A DNA stretch of 64,000 bases from Candidatus Caldarchaeum sp. (GTDB lineage Archaea > Thermoproteota > Nitrososphaeria_A > Caldarchaeales > Caldarchaeaceae), in NCBI GenBank assembly GCA_038844785.1, contig JAWBRA010000002.1, forward strand, positions 38,213 through 102,212, in the 5' to 3' direction. Below are positions 1-11,024 of this stretch, one piece after another. The notes below the pieces were generated by a model. It ran no database searches and was not told the origin of the DNA. It saw only the letters and a program-made list of their open reading frames with translations. The stretch's first letter is position 1, and each line of letters opens with the position of its first letter. Made by a program: the position numbers and the translations under genes.

Positions 1-516
1 AACGCAATATCTGATGAGGTGCTCGAGTTTCTTGCAGAGGCTGCGGCCGAGCGGAAAGACGCACGCTACGCCATAGACCTTCTTTGGAGGTCTGGAAAGT
101 ATGCGGAAGCAGAGGGGAGCGAAACTGTGACAGCGGAGCATGTCAGGAAGGCATTGGCTAGCGTGTACCCAACCATCAGAAGGGAAAACCTCTCATACCT
201 GAAGCGTGACGAGAAGCTTGTTTTGCTTGCTTCCGCTAGGAGTCTTGCGGGAAACAAGACAGCTGTAACCGCTGCCGAGCTCTTCCAACACTACAAAGTC
301 GTCTGCGAGGAGATGGGGGACGAGGCGAAGGGCTACACGACTTTCTGGGAGACCCTTCAGCAGCTGCAGGACCTGGGGTTTTTGAGGCTGATTATTAGGA
401 GTGAGGGGGCTAGGGGTAGGAAGACGTACGTATACCTACCCGGCATACCTGTCCAGCTGCTTGAAAGGGAGCTGGTCAAAGACCTTAGCCGCGAGTTTTC
501 CCACGAGGTTTTCTAG
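1..516 (+). CDS. cdc6: Cdc6/Orc1 replication initiator, C-terminal part (5' truncated by window edge)
   Basis: DARYAIDLL sensor-2 motif followed by a winged-helix with GRKT-like wing; frame is open from position 1; adjacent to RFC genes. Confidence 0.85.
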   Translation, partial: NAISDEVLEFLAEAAAERKDARYAIDLLWRSGKYAEAEGSETVTAEHVRKALASVYPTIRRENLSYLKRDEKLVLLASARSLAGNKTAVTAAELFQHYKVVCEEMGDEAKGYTTFWETLQQLQDLGFLRLIIRSEGARGRKTYVYLPGIPVQLLERELVKDLSREFSHEVF

Positions 517-1714
517 CCTCAGACCCTCGGAGATATTCGAGCTCTTTCTTGGTGAAGCCGAAGAAATCGGCCATTTCCATTCCGTCGGAGCTCAACATTA
601 TTTTTACGAAGGGAAGAGCCTCTGTCCTCGCCTTCCTGCTGGACATGTGGAGTGCTTTCCCCAGCTTCTGGCAGATGCTCTCAACGAGCTCTCTTTCACC
701 CCGTGTCTGGCTTAGATATCTTATTCTGCTCGGGTAGCTGAATTTCACAAACTTGGCAGGCGTCTGCTTCCTAGCCAGCGCAACACCCGCAGTCATGAAA
801 GGCACAGCATACCTCAGCAGATGCCAAGCCTGTTTAGAGCTGACCCTCTGCAGAAACAAGTCAGCCTTTGAAAGGTTTTCCAAAGCTATTGCTAGGTCAT
901 GCGGCGAAAGCTGTTCCGGAGCATTGTCTAAAACCCATGTGAAAAACTCCGCGGGGTCTAAGTCAAGGTTGTTCAAAGCGTAAACAGCGTTGTTGAAGCT
1001 TTTCGCGTGGAATACAGTAGCCAACGCATTAAACACTTCGTTCTTTCTGTCCCTGCTTCCGACCTCAAGCCCCGTGTCTGAAGCAGAGGCGTAAATTTGA
1101 AGATCGTTTATGGCCGACCTGAGGTCTCCTCCAGAGTTTTCAGCTATTTCCTTGATTTTTTCCTCTGGGATTTTCAGCCCTTCCGCCATTGCTATCTTCT
1201 TTATGTGCGCTGCTACCGTGGGTTTTGGGATTCTTCTAAACTGTATCATCTGGCATATCTCTCTGAGGGGTGCGAGCTTAGGGTCCCAGGGGTCGTTGGC
1301 GACCATGACTATAGGTACATGGCTTTCCGCGACTATCTGGACGAGGGTCTGCACAGCCCCAGCGTCAGCGCGGGCCTCTATGCCGTCAACCTCGTCTATG
1401 AGGATGATCTTACCCTTAGCCGCTGTTACCGAGGCCTGGGATGAGGCTGCGCCCACGATCCGTACAACGTTTTCACGTGTTCTGAAATCGCTCGCGTTCA
1501 TCTCGATTACTTCCCAGCCGTGCTCTTTTGCGTAGGCGTGTACAAGCGAGGTTTTGCCTACCCCCGCTGGACCATACAATAGTGCTGCCTTTTTCGACTG
1601 CCTGCGTTTAAGCCAGCCCTCAACCCATCCCAAGAACTCGGCTACAGCCTCTTTATTACCCGCTATTTCCGACACTTTCGAGGGCCTGTATTTCTCGGTC
1701 CAGAGTAGGGTCAC
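485..1714 (-). CDS. rfcL: Replication factor C large subunit
   Basis: WTEKYRP, Walker A GPAGVGKT, EMNASD, DEVDG, GDLRSAINDLQ. Confidence 0.95.
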   Translation of the reverse strand: MTLLWTEKYRPSKVSEIAGNKEAVAEFLGWVEGWLKRRQSKKAALLYGPAGVGKTSLVHAYAKEHGWEVIEMNASDFRTRENVVRIVGAASSQASVTAAKGKIILIDEVDGIEARADAGAVQTLVQIVAESHVPIVMVANDPWDPKLAPLREICQMIQFRRIPKPTVAAHIKKIAMAEGLKIPEEKIKEIAENSGGDLRSAINDLQIYASASDTGLEVGSRDRKNEVFNALATVFHAKSFNNAVYALNNLDLDPAEFFTWVLDNAPEQLSPHDLAIALENLSKADLFLQRVSSKQAWHLLRYAVPFMTAGVALARKQTPAKFVKFSYPSRIRYLSQTRGERELVESICQKLGKALHMSSRKARTEALPFVKIMLSSDGMEMADFFGFTKKELEYLRGSEARKPRGKTRG

Positions 1715-2691
1715 CCGCCAGCCCTCTTCAGTAAACTGAGCTTTGCTAAGAAGGCTTGGAGCTGTACCTCAGGCGTGCCTCCCTGCGATATTCGGTAGTC
1801 CGTCTCACCTAAAGCGTCAACAAGTTTTATCTTGTCATCTTCTGACACGTTCAGAGACGTTATTTCCCTCGACATGGAGAAGGTTATGTCTTGAGCTTGA
1901 TGGCCTTGCATGTAAATTAAATCGCGTAAAAGGTCTCGAGCCTCTTTAAACTTCCCGTCGAGAGCTAGTTCAAGCATCCTCCTTACTTCACCCCTGCTCA
2001 CAAGCCCCATAACTTTGTACACAGTTTTTTCATCAACTCTAGGGGATAGAGAAGCTGCAGACTGCAGTATGTTTATGGCCTTGCGCATGTCTCCCAGCGA
2101 AAACTCATAGATCGCCTGAACAGCCGAATCTTCAAGCGTTATCTTTTCGGCCTCAGCAATACGTCTCAGCATCCTCTCAACCATATTCATGCTAAGCGGC
2201 TTGAACCTCAGGACAGCACATCTTGATTGGATGGGTTCGATTATTCTGTTGCTGTAGTTTGCCGCCAGTATGAACCTGCATGTTGCTGAAAACTGCTCCA
2301 TAGTCCTCCTGAAAGCATGCTGCGCGGCATCGGTAAGCTGGTCGCTTTCGTCTAGCAGTAAAATCCGAAAACCTATCCCACCAAACGGGACCGTCCTAGC
2401 ATACGTTTTAACTCTCTCCCTTATAGTTTCGATCCCTCTTTCGTCTGAGGCGTTGATTTCGACGAAGAGGCCGTCCTCGAGATATCTTGGCCCGAAAAGC
2501 TCTTGGGCGAAAGCATGAGCGGTGGCTGTCTTGCCTGTTCCCGGCGGGCCTGCGAAAAGCATGTGAGGAACGTTTTTTGTCGCGACAACGTTTTTCAACG
2601 TGGAAACAACCTCCTCCTGGTTCACTACGTCGTCAAGCCTTCTCGGCCTGTATTTTTCAACCCATGGCAGATGAAGGTCTGTCGATGCCAA
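1711..2691 (-). CDS. rfcS: Replication factor C small subunit
   Basis: PWVEKYRP, GPPGTGKT, EINASDERG, IQSRC. Confidence 0.97.
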   Translation of the reverse strand: MASTDLHLPWVEKYRPRRLDDVVNQEEVVSTLKNVVATKNVPHMLFAGPPGTGKTATAHAFAQELFGPRYLEDGLFVEINASDERGIETIRERVKTYARTVPFGGIGFRILLLDESDQLTDAAQHAFRRTMEQFSATCRFILAANYSNRIIEPIQSRCAVLRFKPLSMNMVERMLRRIAEAEKITLEDSAVQAIYEFSLGDMRKAINILQSAASLSPRVDEKTVYKVMGLVSRGEVRRMLELALDGKFKEARDLLRDLIYMQGHQAQDITFSMSREITSLNVSEDDKIKLVDALGETDYRISQGGTPEVQLQAFLAKLSLLKRAGG

Positions 2692-2714
2692 GCGTCATCC
2701 ACCTAAGCCTTTGC

Positions 2715-3449
2715 TCAAAGCTTAAATATGTTTTTAGCGTTTTCCGACGTAACCTCAACCACCTTGTCTAACGGTATGTTTTTTAGACGTGATATAGCTT
2801 CAGCCGAGATTATGATGTTTGCGGGAGTGTTTACAACGCCTCTCTCAGGGCCCAGAACGGGTGCATCGCTTTCCAGCATAAGGTTTTCAAGCCCCAGCCT
2901 TTTTACCATCTTTTGCTTCTGCTCAGACCTGACGACCGAGGGCGGGACTGAGAAGAAGAAACCTTTTGAAGCTCCTCTGAAGGCCTCGCTTGCCGCACCG
3001 TCGAAGGCATGCATAACCACTTTTTCAGCACCAGCCTCTATCAAAACATCTAACGCATACTTTCCCGCGCTGCGTGAATGGATGACTAGGGGGAGACCTG
3101 TTTCTTTAGCGAGGCTGATGAATTCTTTAAACACTCTCAGCTGGTTTTCACGCGTTTCCCGTTTACCCCAGTAGTAGTCAAGGCCGACCTCGCCGACGGC
3201 CACTATCTTATCCTTGTTTCTCTCGATGAGCTCGATGACTTTTTCATAGTCGTTTAGGTCGTAGGGCTCGACTCCCAGTGAGGCGTGGACGAAGCTGTTG
3301 TCGGCTATCGAAAGGGCTTTTAAACAGTCGGCGTAGCCTATCCCCGAGGTTATCACGGCAACGACCCCAGCCTGTTTAGCCTCCTCCAATATTTTTCCAA
3401 GGTTTGTGTAAAGCGGTTCCTCAGTCAGGTGGCAGTGGATGTCTATCAC
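2715..3449 (-). CDS. TatD family deoxyribonuclease
   Basis: IDIHCHL, VGEVGLDY, IHSR, LESDAP; start moved to the in-frame GTG at 3449. Confidence 0.9.
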   Translation of the reverse strand: MIDIHCHLTEEPLYTNLGKILEEAKQAGVVAVITSGIGYADCLKALSIADNSFVHASLGVEPYDLNDYEKVIELIERNKDKIVAVGEVGLDYYWGKRETRENQLRVFKEFISLAKETGLPLVIHSRSAGKYALDVLIEAGAEKVVMHAFDGAASEAFRGASKGFFFSVPPSVVRSEQKQKMVKRLGLENLMLESDAPVLGPERGVVNTPANIIISAEAISRLKNIPLDKVVEVTSENAKNIFKL

Positions 3450-3720
3450 AAAAGCATCATTCAAACGTTGCGATTTAAAGATGTGAAAAGCCGCCAGCGG
3501 CATAGAATCATGCAACATTTATTTACTTTGAGCTCGTCTCCGGTCTACATAATCCTTCACCAGATAATGGCATAACCTTTCACCCAACACCCAAACCTGC
3601 CCGGATACGGAAAAGCATTCCAGCCGATCATCCCAGAGGAAAAGAAACCATAGCCAGCGTAACAGCAAGCTCAAATATCCACCAGCACGTGTTCTTCTGG
3701 ATGCTTTTGGGCTGAAGCAT

Positions 3721-4020
3721 ATGCTAACATGTGTTTGTGGTAATGAGATAAGGGATGTAGACGACCTTGAGTTCAGCCACGTGGCTGATGGTGTTGTCAA
3801 AGCAAGGTGTAAAAACAGGTTTTGCAAACTTGAAGAAGTTCTTGAGATGTTTGTATCGGATAAAAAGGCTGAAGTAAGGTTTTCTGCCATGTTCAGCGAC
3901 TACAACCTTCTTACCATGGGAAGCGATGTGCTGGAGAAACGTCTTAAAGATTTTGGTAACAGAATTGTGGAAAGGGTTGCTGGCGGAAAAGGTTTAAAGA
4001 CACGTGTTAGCTATAGATGA
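3721..4020 (+). CDS. Hypothetical protein, possible Zn-binding (CxC...CxxxxC)
   Basis: ORF in operon-like spacing with the downstream gene. Confidence 0.6.
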   Translation: MLTCVCGNEIRDVDDLEFSHVADGVVKARCKNRFCKLEEVLEMFVSDKKAEVRFSAMFSDYNLLTMGSDVLEKRLKDFGNRIVERVAGGKGLKTRVSYR

Positions 4021-4023
4021 TTC

Positions 4024-4680
4024 ATGACCTACACCTACAAAGGGGTGGAGATAACTTGGCTTGGTCACGACAGCTTTGTCATCAAGAAAGACAAAACCAT
4101 CTACATAGACCCTTACAAAATAAGGGCGGGTCCTCTTGCCGACATAGTTTTGATAACTCATGATCACTTTGACCATCTCAGCCTCGACGACCTCAGGAAA
4201 ATCGTCACCGAAAAGACGACAATTGTCGCGGCTAAGAACTGTGAGCAGGAGTTGAGAAAGCTTGGCAAAGGCATCGTCAAATATATGGCTGCGGGTGACA
4301 GCCTAACGCTAGACAACGTTTCAATAAAGGCTGTACCAGCCTACAACGTTAACAAGTTTAGGGAGCCTGGGAAGGTTTTTCATCCAAAGGAATACGGCGG
4401 CGTCGGCTACGTCATAACAGTGGACAAGGTTTCCATCTACCATGCCGGAGACACAGACTTCATTCCAGAGATGAGAGAGCTAAAGGTTGATGTGGCTTTG
4501 CTGCCTGTCAGCGGAACCTACGTAATGACGGCGGCCGAGGCTGTGGAAGCTGCTAGCGCGATAAAACCAGCTGTCGTCATACCGATGCATTATGGAGCCA
4601 TCGTAGGCTCGGAGAAAGACGCCGAGGAGTTCAAAAGGCTTTACAAAGGTGAGACGGTAATACTCAAGAAACAGGGTTAA
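4024..4680 (+). CDS. MBL-fold metallo-hydrolase
   Basis: THDHFDH, YHAGDT, IPMHYG. Confidence 0.92.
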   Translation: MTYTYKGVEITWLGHDSFVIKKDKTIYIDPYKIRAGPLADIVLITHDHFDHLSLDDLRKIVTEKTTIVAAKNCEQELRKLGKGIVKYMAAGDSLTLDNVSIKAVPAYNVNKFREPGKVFHPKEYGGVGYVITVDKVSIYHAGDTDFIPEMRELKVDVALLPVSGTYVMTAAEAVEAASAIKPAVVIPMHYGAIVGSEKDAEEFKRLYKGETVILKKQG

Positions 4681-4682
4681 AG

Positions 4683-5132
4683 ATGACAGAATGCAGGGAA
4701 GGCCACGACCACATCTACTATGGAGCATTAAACATCTACAAAAAAAGAGAGCTTCTCAAAGTTGTAGATGTCTGGCGGTGCAGACGATGCGGCAACATCA
4801 GGGTGGGTGTTAGAGGACCTGAGGTCCTAACCTCGACTGAGGGGATGATGCCTGAAACAGCTGCCGGCAAACACTGGATTTTACTGGTCTGTAAAGCCGG
4901 CGAGGAACCAGCCTACGAGATGTTTCAAGTATCTGACTCACAGTACCTAGACCACAGATGTCCCAGCCTCCCCGCTGGCGAACGGCTATACTACGTCCGA
5001 GGAGCTGGGGTATTCTATGGATTGGACGGACCCCCCGCAGGCATGCATTACGTGTATGAGCTGGAAAAAACAGTTAGAGGGTATATTGATTTGGCGAAGA
5101 CTCCCCCCGAGGTTGTTACGTTAATCAGGTGA
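4683..5132 (+). CDS. Hypothetical protein with CxxC
   Basis: ORF 2 nt after the previous stop; CRRCG motif. Confidence 0.6.
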   Translation: MTECREGHDHIYYGALNIYKKRELLKVVDVWRCRRCGNIRVGVRGPEVLTSTEGMMPETAAGKHWILLVCKAGEEPAYEMFQVSDSQYLDHRCPSLPAGERLYYVRGAGVFYGLDGPPAGMHYVYELEKTVRGYIDLAKTPPEVVTLIR

Positions 5133-5549
5133 AAAGCCTTCGGGGATTTTTGAGAGATGCTCGTGAACTATCTTCCAGCCCTGCTTAGTTTTCCGCAGTA
5201 AGACGCTGCATCGCACCGTTGCGTCTATCATCCGGCCCTCGAAGGCATAGTCGTTTACAGCCATCCCCCTATACCTCATCAGGAAGACAGCTAAAGCAGT
5301 GTCTTCCATCAGCTCTACCGTTGGCTGCATCATTTCGTACTCGAAGTCAACCAGCTCAGTCAACAGACTTGCTTTAAGCTTCAACGCCTCATCCCGCTCT
5401 TGAAGCCTGAAAGGTGGAAGGTCGCTGTACCTGGTATAATTCTCTGCATGAAGCTCGTTGAACGCTTCGAACATCCCGTTCTTGCCTAGCTCAAAGCATT
5501 TCCTAATAGTTTCAAGAATCTCATCGGATGGATTCAAGGCTGATCTCAC
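5121..5549 (-). CDS. SnoaL/NTF2-like (DUF4440-type) protein
   Basis: C-terminal WKIVHEHLS signature. Confidence 0.75.
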   Translation of the reverse strand: MRSALNPSDEILETIRKCFELGKNGMFEAFNELHAENYTRYSDLPPFRLQERDEALKLKASLLTELVDFEYEMMQPTVELMEDTALAVFLMRYRGMAVNDYAFEGRMIDATVRCSVLLRKTKQGWKIVHEHLSKIPEGFSPD

Positions 5550-5799
5550 CGTTCAAGATTTTTTGCGTGAGCTCAAGCTCCAGGCTGTTTATTTCTTCGT
5601 ATGTAACGCCTTTTCCCAAGAGGGTCTTCAAATCTTCTTCTTCGACCGATGCCTTGACGTTTGGTCCGCCGACGCTTTGGTAAACCACTCCCTCAAACCT
5701 TACGTCCATCCCTTTCCAGCGAATTTTTCCACGAAAAACCTTAAACGGATAATCACCCATAACGTCTGTTATGCTCACTTCTTCAATCAACAACCACAC
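5521..5799 (-). CDS. Hypothetical protein
   Basis: Overlapping ORF chain on the minus strand. Confidence 0.55.
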   Translation of the reverse strand: MWLLIEEVSITDVMGDYPFKVFRGKIRWKGMDVRFEGVVYQSVGGPNVKASVEEEDLKTLLGKGVTYEEINSLELELTQKILNGEISLESIR

Positions 5800-6196
5800 C
5801 CTTTACGGAGTGCAGAAAACCTTCCACAAGCTTTCTCCGCATGTTCTCACGCGGCATACGTTTAAGCCATTCAGAGAGGTGGCTTACCAGCTTTTTGATA
5901 AACAGGTCAACGTCGCGGACGTTTTTCAACGCCGCCGCAGGAAGTGATTCAAAAGGTATTTCAGCAACCGATGTCTGCATGAAAGGCCCGAACTCGTCTC
6001 TGGAAACTTTAACAGCGATGAGCCTGCCGCCTTCAAGCATGTAGGTTACTCCGGCTATGCTTGCAATCTCCAGCCCCCATTCAATGCCTGGCGGCGAGAA
6101 CGGGAGAAGGGATTCCAGAAGTTTGAGCAGGTTTTCGTCCGACGGCTCCCGCCTGGCCTCCAAGTAAACACTGCGAAAACGTTCCACATAATCCAT
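5783..6196 (-). CDS. Hypothetical protein
   Basis: ATG-started ORF heading the minus-strand chain. Confidence 0.6.
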   Translation of the reverse strand: MDYVERFRSVYLEARREPSDENLLKLLESLLPFSPPGIEWGLEIASIAGVTYMLEGGRLIAVKVSRDEFGPFMQTSVAEIPFESLPAAALKNVRDVDLFIKKLVSHLSEWLKRMPRENMRRKLVEGFLHSVKGVVVD

Positions 6197-6338
6197 GGTA
6201 GATCAGCAGAGGACGTGTCTAAAGACTTTATCCGAAGACCTCTCTGGATGAGGTTTTCCACCGAAAACTAGGCTAGGTATTCAGAACAGCCGGCAGCCAC
6301 GTTTCTGTAACAGTTTTTTAGCAGCTGGGTTAGGCTTA

Positions 6339-6806
6339 ATGGCGTTGAAGGATGTTGAAAGCTTTGTCAGGAAGTTTTTCCCAGCAGACTTTTCCGACAG
6401 GGAAAGGGCTGTTTTCGAGGCGGGCATAGCGCTGGGCGCGATAGTCCATTCGGTTACAGGTTTCCCCATAGCTGCTGACGTCAAAGGTTTCATAGAGAAA
6501 GCTGTTGAAAAGAGCTTCATGCTCCAGCCCTACAGAAACAGGATAAAGCTGAGGGTGACGGGCTTTTCTAGGAAGGGCGGGCTTTACAGCTACGGAACTT
6601 TAACGCCTGAAAACCTGAACGTATTGGTGGAGGTGTGCTATGGGAAGGCGGTGGTTGAGGCGAGGATGCGTTACGTCAAAAAGCTACGTTACCCGCTGAT
6701 GTATGTTTCGAAGGCTATTCAGAGAAGAGACGTCGTCTCTCCTCGTCCATGTAGGCAGACTCGTAGGGCAGTAGCTCGCCGTAAACCCTCAAATGCTCTG
6801 GGCTGA
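6339..6806 (+). CDS. mptD: Archaeal dihydroneopterin aldolase (DUF372/MptD family)
   Basis: [28 protein letters not shown] motifs. Confidence 0.8.
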   Translation: MALKDVESFVRKFFPADFSDRERAVFEAGIALGAIVHSVTGFPIAADVKGFIEKAVEKSFMLQPYRNRIKLRVTGFSRKGGLYSYGTLTPENLNVLVEVCYGKAVVEARMRYVKKLRYPLMYVSKAIQRRDVVSPRPCRQTRRAVARRKPSNALG

Positions 6807-7827
6807 TATGTTCTGGAAGCACAAGCTTTAGCCGTACCTCAAGGTCTCCGCGTTTCCCGTTCCTCAACGGCAGCCCTCTACCCCTGAAGACAACCGGTGT
6901 GTCAAGGCTCTCCCTACTCAGCTTAACCCTCAATACACCGTCAAACGATTTAACAGATATCTCCCTTCCAGCAACCACTTCACTCGGAGACACTGGAAGA
7001 AACATCACAAGCCTGTCGCCGTTGAGGATGAACTGTCGGCCAGGTCTGAGCTTAAGACGGATTATCAAATCGCCCCTTCTCCCCGATTCACGGTCAAACA
7101 AACCCTTACCCCTCAAAACGATTGTGTCGCCGTCGGCAGAGCCTGGCGGGATGTCGACCACCAGTCTTTCAGTCTTCTCGACGAAGCCTCTCCCCCTGCA
7201 GACGGTGCACGCCTTCCTCACTATTGTTCCGGAGCCGCTGCAACGGCTGCATGTGGTTACAGAGGTGAAGTACATGAAACCTGTTTGGACACGTTCGACT
7301 TTCTGGCCTGTGCCGTTGCAGGCGGAGCATCTTTCCACGTATCCTGGCTCGCCGCCTGAGCCGTTGCATCTATGGCATGTTTCCGTGGTTGTGATTGGCA
7401 CCTCTTTCTTAGAGCCTTTGAAAACATCGTACAACGAGACCTCTGCCTCTACGTAGGTAGGGGCTGGTTGCCTAGGCCTTTTGCGGAAGCCGAAAAACCT
7501 TTCGAAGATAGTTTCAAAATCGCCCAGCCCAAGGTCTTTGAACAACTCGTCGAAGTCAAACCAAGTGGAGCGGAACAGGTCTTCGGTGCTGTATGTCTTG
7601 GACACGCCCGCTCTTCCATACATATCGTAAAGCCTTCGCTTCTCATCGTCGATGAGCACAGCGTATGCCTCGCTTATCTCCTTAAACTTCTCCTCAGCGT
7701 CCGGCGACTTGTTGCGGTCGGGATGGTATTGGAGAGCTAGCCTTCTGTACGCTCTCTTAATCTCCTCCTTGCTAGCGTTGCGGGGGACGCCGAGTATTTC
7801 GTAGTAGTCTTTTCCATTATCTGCCAT
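6715..7827 (-). CDS. dnaJ: Chaperone DnaJ
   Basis: J-domain HPD and four CxxCxGxG repeats. Confidence 0.96.
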   Translation of the reverse strand: MADNGKDYYEILGVPRNASKEEIKRAYRRLALQYHPDRNKSPDAEEKFKEISEAYAVLIDDEKRRLYDMYGRAGVSKTYSTEDLFRSTWFDFDELFKDLGLGDFETIFERFFGFRKRPRQPAPTYVEAEVSLYDVFKGSKKEVPITTTETCHRCNGSGGEPGYVERCSACNGTGQKVERVQTGFMYFTSVTTCSRCSGSGTIVRKACTVCRGRGFVEKTERLVVDIPPGSADGDTIVLRGKGLFDRESGRRGDLIIRLKLRPGRQFILNGDRLVMFLPVSPSEVVAGREISVKSFDGVLRVKLSRESLDTPVVFRGRGLPLRNGKRGDLEVRLKLVLPEHISPEHLRVYGELLPYESAYMDEERRRLFSE

Positions 7828-7829
7828 GG

Positions 7830-9617
7830 CTAGCTCTTAGGCTCCTTTCCGGAGCCGACGGCTCCCTGCCCGTAAACGGCCCCACCTATCTTCTGGGCTG
7901 ACTTCCTAAGTTTTTCGAGAGCGTCTTTAATTGCCTGTATATCTTTTCCAGAGAGTGCGTCTCTCAGCTTTTTCACATCCTCCTCCACTTCCTTCTTGGT
8001 GTCGGCGGGAACCTTGTCGCCCAGCTCGTTCAACGCCTTCTCAACCGTGTATATCATGGCGTCTGCCTCGTTCCGCAGCTCCGCCTCCTGCTTCTTCCTT
8101 CTATCCTGCTCCGCATACTGCTCAGCCTCCCTAATCATCCTCTCAACCTCCTCTTTCGACAGCCTATGTGGAGCTGTTATTTTCACGCTCACATCCTTAC
8201 CCGTTCCAAGGTCTTTAGCCGTAACTGTCAAGATGCCGTCTGCGTTTATGTCGAAGGTGACCTCTATCTTCGGCACACCTCTTGGAGCTGGCGGTATGCC
8301 TGACAGCGTGAACCTGCCGAGTGAGACGTTGTCAGCAGCCATCGGCCTCTCTCCCTGCAGAACATGTATCTCGACGCTCGTCTGGAAATCAGCGGCTGTC
8401 GTGAAGATCTCGCTCCGCCTCACAGGTATCGTAGTGTTCCTGTCGATTATTTTTGTGAATATGCCTCCCAGCGTTTCGACGCCGAGTGAGATGGGAACCA
8501 CGTCGAGGAGCACGATGTCCTTGTCTTTCAGCTCGCCGGAGAGTATTGCAGCTTGTATTGCCGCTCCCATCGCAACACACTCCATAGGGTCAACGCCCCG
8601 CTCAGGCTCCTTTCCCAAAACCTCTTTTATGAAAGCTTGGACTATGGGCATCCTAGTCGGCCCGCCAACCAGTATTATCTTGTCTATGTCCTCGGGCCGT
8701 AGCTTCGCGTCCTGGAGAGCCTGCATGATGGGGCCTCGGCATCTCTCCACAATAGGTCTGACGAGCTGCTCCAAGGTTGCCCTGGTTATGCGCATGTAAA
8801 GGTTTTTAGGCCCTGAAGAGTCGTAGGCTATGTACGGAAGGTTTATCTCAGTCTCAGTCATCGACGACAGCTCTATCTTAGCTCTCTCAGCAGCTTCCCT
8901 TACCCGGTTCATGGCGGAAGCATCCTTCCGCAGGTCTATCCCAGTTTCCTTCCTGTAGCTGTCAACGATGTAGTCAATCAAGGCCCTGTCCATGTCAGTT
9001 CCACCCAGCTGCGTATCTCCGGAAGTTGCTTTAACCTCAAAAACGCCTTGGCCGAACTCCATGATAGTTACGTCTAACGTTCCGCCCCCTAAGTCGAAAA
9101 CAAGTATCTTCATCTCCTGGTCTAGCTTGTTCAAGCCGTAGGCTAGGGCGGCTGCGGTGGGCTCGTTTATTATTCTCACGACCTCAAGGCCGGCTATAAC
9201 CCCAGCGTCTTTCGTTGCCTGTCTCTGGTTATCGTTGAAGTAGGCGGGCACCGTTATCACAGCTTTCTTTACAGGCTCGCCCAGAAACGCCTCGGCATCC
9301 CTCTTGATTTTCTGAAGCAGGAAAGCGGAGAGCTGCTGCGGGGTTAACTCTTTTCCATGTAAAACGTATTTGTAGTCGGTCCCCATTTTCCTCTTCCAAG
9401 CTGTTACTGTTCCATCAGGGTTTAGGACGGCCTGCCTCCTCGCCGGCTCGCCCACTATTAGTTCGCCTTCCTTCGTTATGGCTACGTATGAGGGGAAGGC
9501 TTTTCCGTAGAGCGTGACCCCTTCAATCGACGGAATTATTGTAGGTCTACCTCCTATTACCACGGCTGCAGCCGAGTTGCTGGTCCCAAGGTCTATACCG
9601 ATTATCTTTTCAGCCAT
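7830..9617 (-). CDS. dnaK: Chaperone DnaK (Hsp70)
   Basis: [26 protein letters not shown]. Confidence 0.98.
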   Translation of the reverse strand: MAEKIIGIDLGTSNSAAAVVIGGRPTIIPSIEGVTLYGKAFPSYVAITKEGELIVGEPARRQAVLNPDGTVTAWKRKMGTDYKYVLHGKELTPQQLSAFLLQKIKRDAEAFLGEPVKKAVITVPAYFNDNQRQATKDAGVIAGLEVVRIINEPTAAALAYGLNKLDQEMKILVFDLGGGTLDVTIMEFGQGVFEVKATSGDTQLGGTDMDRALIDYIVDSYRKETGIDLRKDASAMNRVREAAERAKIELSSMTETEINLPYIAYDSSGPKNLYMRITRATLEQLVRPIVERCRGPIMQALQDAKLRPEDIDKIILVGGPTRMPIVQAFIKEVLGKEPERGVDPMECVAMGAAIQAAILSGELKDKDIVLLDVVPISLGVETLGGIFTKIIDRNTTIPVRRSEIFTTAADFQTSVEIHVLQGERPMAADNVSLGRFTLSGIPPAPRGVPKIEVTFDINADGILTVTAKDLGTGKDVSVKITAPHRLSKEEVERMIREAEQYAEQDRRKKQEAELRNEADAMIYTVEKALNELGDKVPADTKKEVEEDVKKLRDALSGKDIQAIKDALEKLRKSAQKIGGAVYGQGAVGSGKEPKS

Positions 9618-9705
9618 GTTTTATTCACCCGCTTGATAGGTCCTAACCCATCGTCTTCAGAACTCGAATTAAAATCTAGCGCCTGCTAAACAGCCGCTTA
9701 AAGCC

Positions 9706-10194
9706 CTACACTGTTTCGTGTTTCCTAGGCCTTGCAACCCGTACCTTCGGCGGTTTTAGAACCTTGTCCCGCAGCCGGTAGCCAGGCGAAACAACGTCCG
9801 CCACAGTATCTACAGCAACATCATCACTCTCGAAAAATTCTACGGCCTCGTGGTCGAAAGGGTTGAACTCCTTCCCGACGACATCCATTCTCTCAACCCC
9901 CTCTGACTGCAGAATCTTCTCCAGCTCTTTTAAAAGCATGGTTAAAGCTTCGTACAGTGTTTCAGAGATATCCTCTTGCTTTAAGCCGTTGACCACCCTT
10001 CCGAAATCCTCGTAGAACGTTAAAAATTTCCTGACCAATCTTTCAACAGCAGCTGTCTCAGCTCTTTTCGTCTCATGCTCCATCAACCGCCTCAAGTTCA
10101 TCAACTCGGCCCTAGCATACATCAAACTGTCCATCAACTCCTTCTTTTCAGCCTCCAAAGCCTTGATTATATCTTCCCCAGACATCCTGAACAA
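9706..10194 (-). CDS. grpE: Nucleotide exchange factor GrpE
   Basis: FNPFDHEAV, GYRLRDKVLKP; first gene of grpE-dnaK-dnaJ. Confidence 0.92.
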   Translation of the reverse strand: MFRMSGEDIIKALEAEKKELMDSLMYARAELMNLRRLMEHETKRAETAAVERLVRKFLTFYEDFGRVVNGLKQEDISETLYEALTMLLKELEKILQSEGVERMDVVGKEFNPFDHEAVEFFESDDVAVDTVADVVSPGYRLRDKVLKPPKVRVARPRKHETV

Positions 10195-10279
10195 AGGAAA
10201 TTTCCGGCCTCTATTATATTATAACACAAATTTTCCTGTAAAGGGTTTGTGTTTTCAACGGAAATTGAAGGTGGGGAAA

Positions 10280-10615
10280 ATAGGGGAGGTTTGGCTGGAG
10301 GCCGTCAACCAGAACAGCATCAAGGAAACCCTTTGTAGAGGGAGGGGGGTTTTAAGGCGGGTATGAGGTTACGTCAGGAAGAGTCTTAGAATATTAAAAA
10401 CCTACCCCATCACAAGGCTAACGACGGAAGACAGGTTAGAACAGACATGTGGGTTGAGGATGGAATACCACGGTCCACTTTGAAGAGCCTCCGTTCATTC
10501 CCTCAGGTGTTCAGCCACAATAAGATAGGGGAGAATGGTTATGTAGTGTATGCCATAAAACATTCGAGAACAGGGATAGACGCCCCAACTGCAACAGAGC
10601 ATTAAGAAAAAAGAA
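10280..10615. repeat. Degenerate, internally deleted copy of the tRNA-associated element (short R-end motif plus L segment)
   Basis: TTTGGCTGGAGGCCGTCA at ~10290 matches 35571 and 45139; 10412-10615 aligns with 36685-36900 (GGCTAACGACGG...ACAGGGATAGACGCCCCAACTGCAACAGAGCATTAAG). Confidence 0.75.
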
Positions 10616-10731
10616 ACTCTATAAGGACTGTCGCACTTTTTCAGGAGGTTATGAAGACCGGTAAACAACTTTTCCTATTTGTCTTTCGGGAAATAGGTTT
10701 AAACCCTAGCCGTTGAACTTTCGCATTAGGT

Positions 10732-11013
10732 TTGAGCGAGGGTTCGACGTCTGTGTTTGTCATTCCGTTGGCTAAGGCGTGGAAAGCTTCCCGGCTTAGA
10801 AGGGCTGACGCAGCAATACGGCTGGTGAGAGAGTTTGCTAGGAGGCACACCAAGGCAGCGAACGTGAAGATCTCACCTAAGGTAAGCGAGAAAATCTGGG
10901 AGAAGGGACGGCAAAATCCACCTAGGCGTATTAGAGTTGTTTTCGAAAAAGAAGATGAAAACACAGTTGTAGTGATGCTTGAGGGAGAGAAGAGGGAGGA
11001 AAAGGAGGAGTAG
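10732..11013 (+). CDS. rpl31e: 50S ribosomal protein L31e
   Basis: RRADAAIRLVREF, IWEKGRQNPPRRIRV. Confidence 0.93.
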   Translation: MSEGSTSVFVIPLAKAWKASRLRRADAAIRLVREFARRHTKAANVKISPKVSEKIWEKGRQNPPRRIRVVFEKEDENTVVVMLEGEKREEKEE

Positions 11014-11024
11014 ATGAATCAAGT

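Noticed and set aside
1-516. Replication origin near cdc6
   Set aside because: The upstream region is outside the window and no ORB repeats were seen.
6715-6806. 92-bp convergent overlap of mptD and dnaJ
   Set aside because: Probably stop-codon drift; short convergent overlaps are common throughout this compact genome.
7996-8799. Long antisense or alternate-frame ORFs (also 25616-26398 and 39192-40082)
   Set aside because: Shadows of dnaK, enoyl-CoA hydratase and amt; no motifs.
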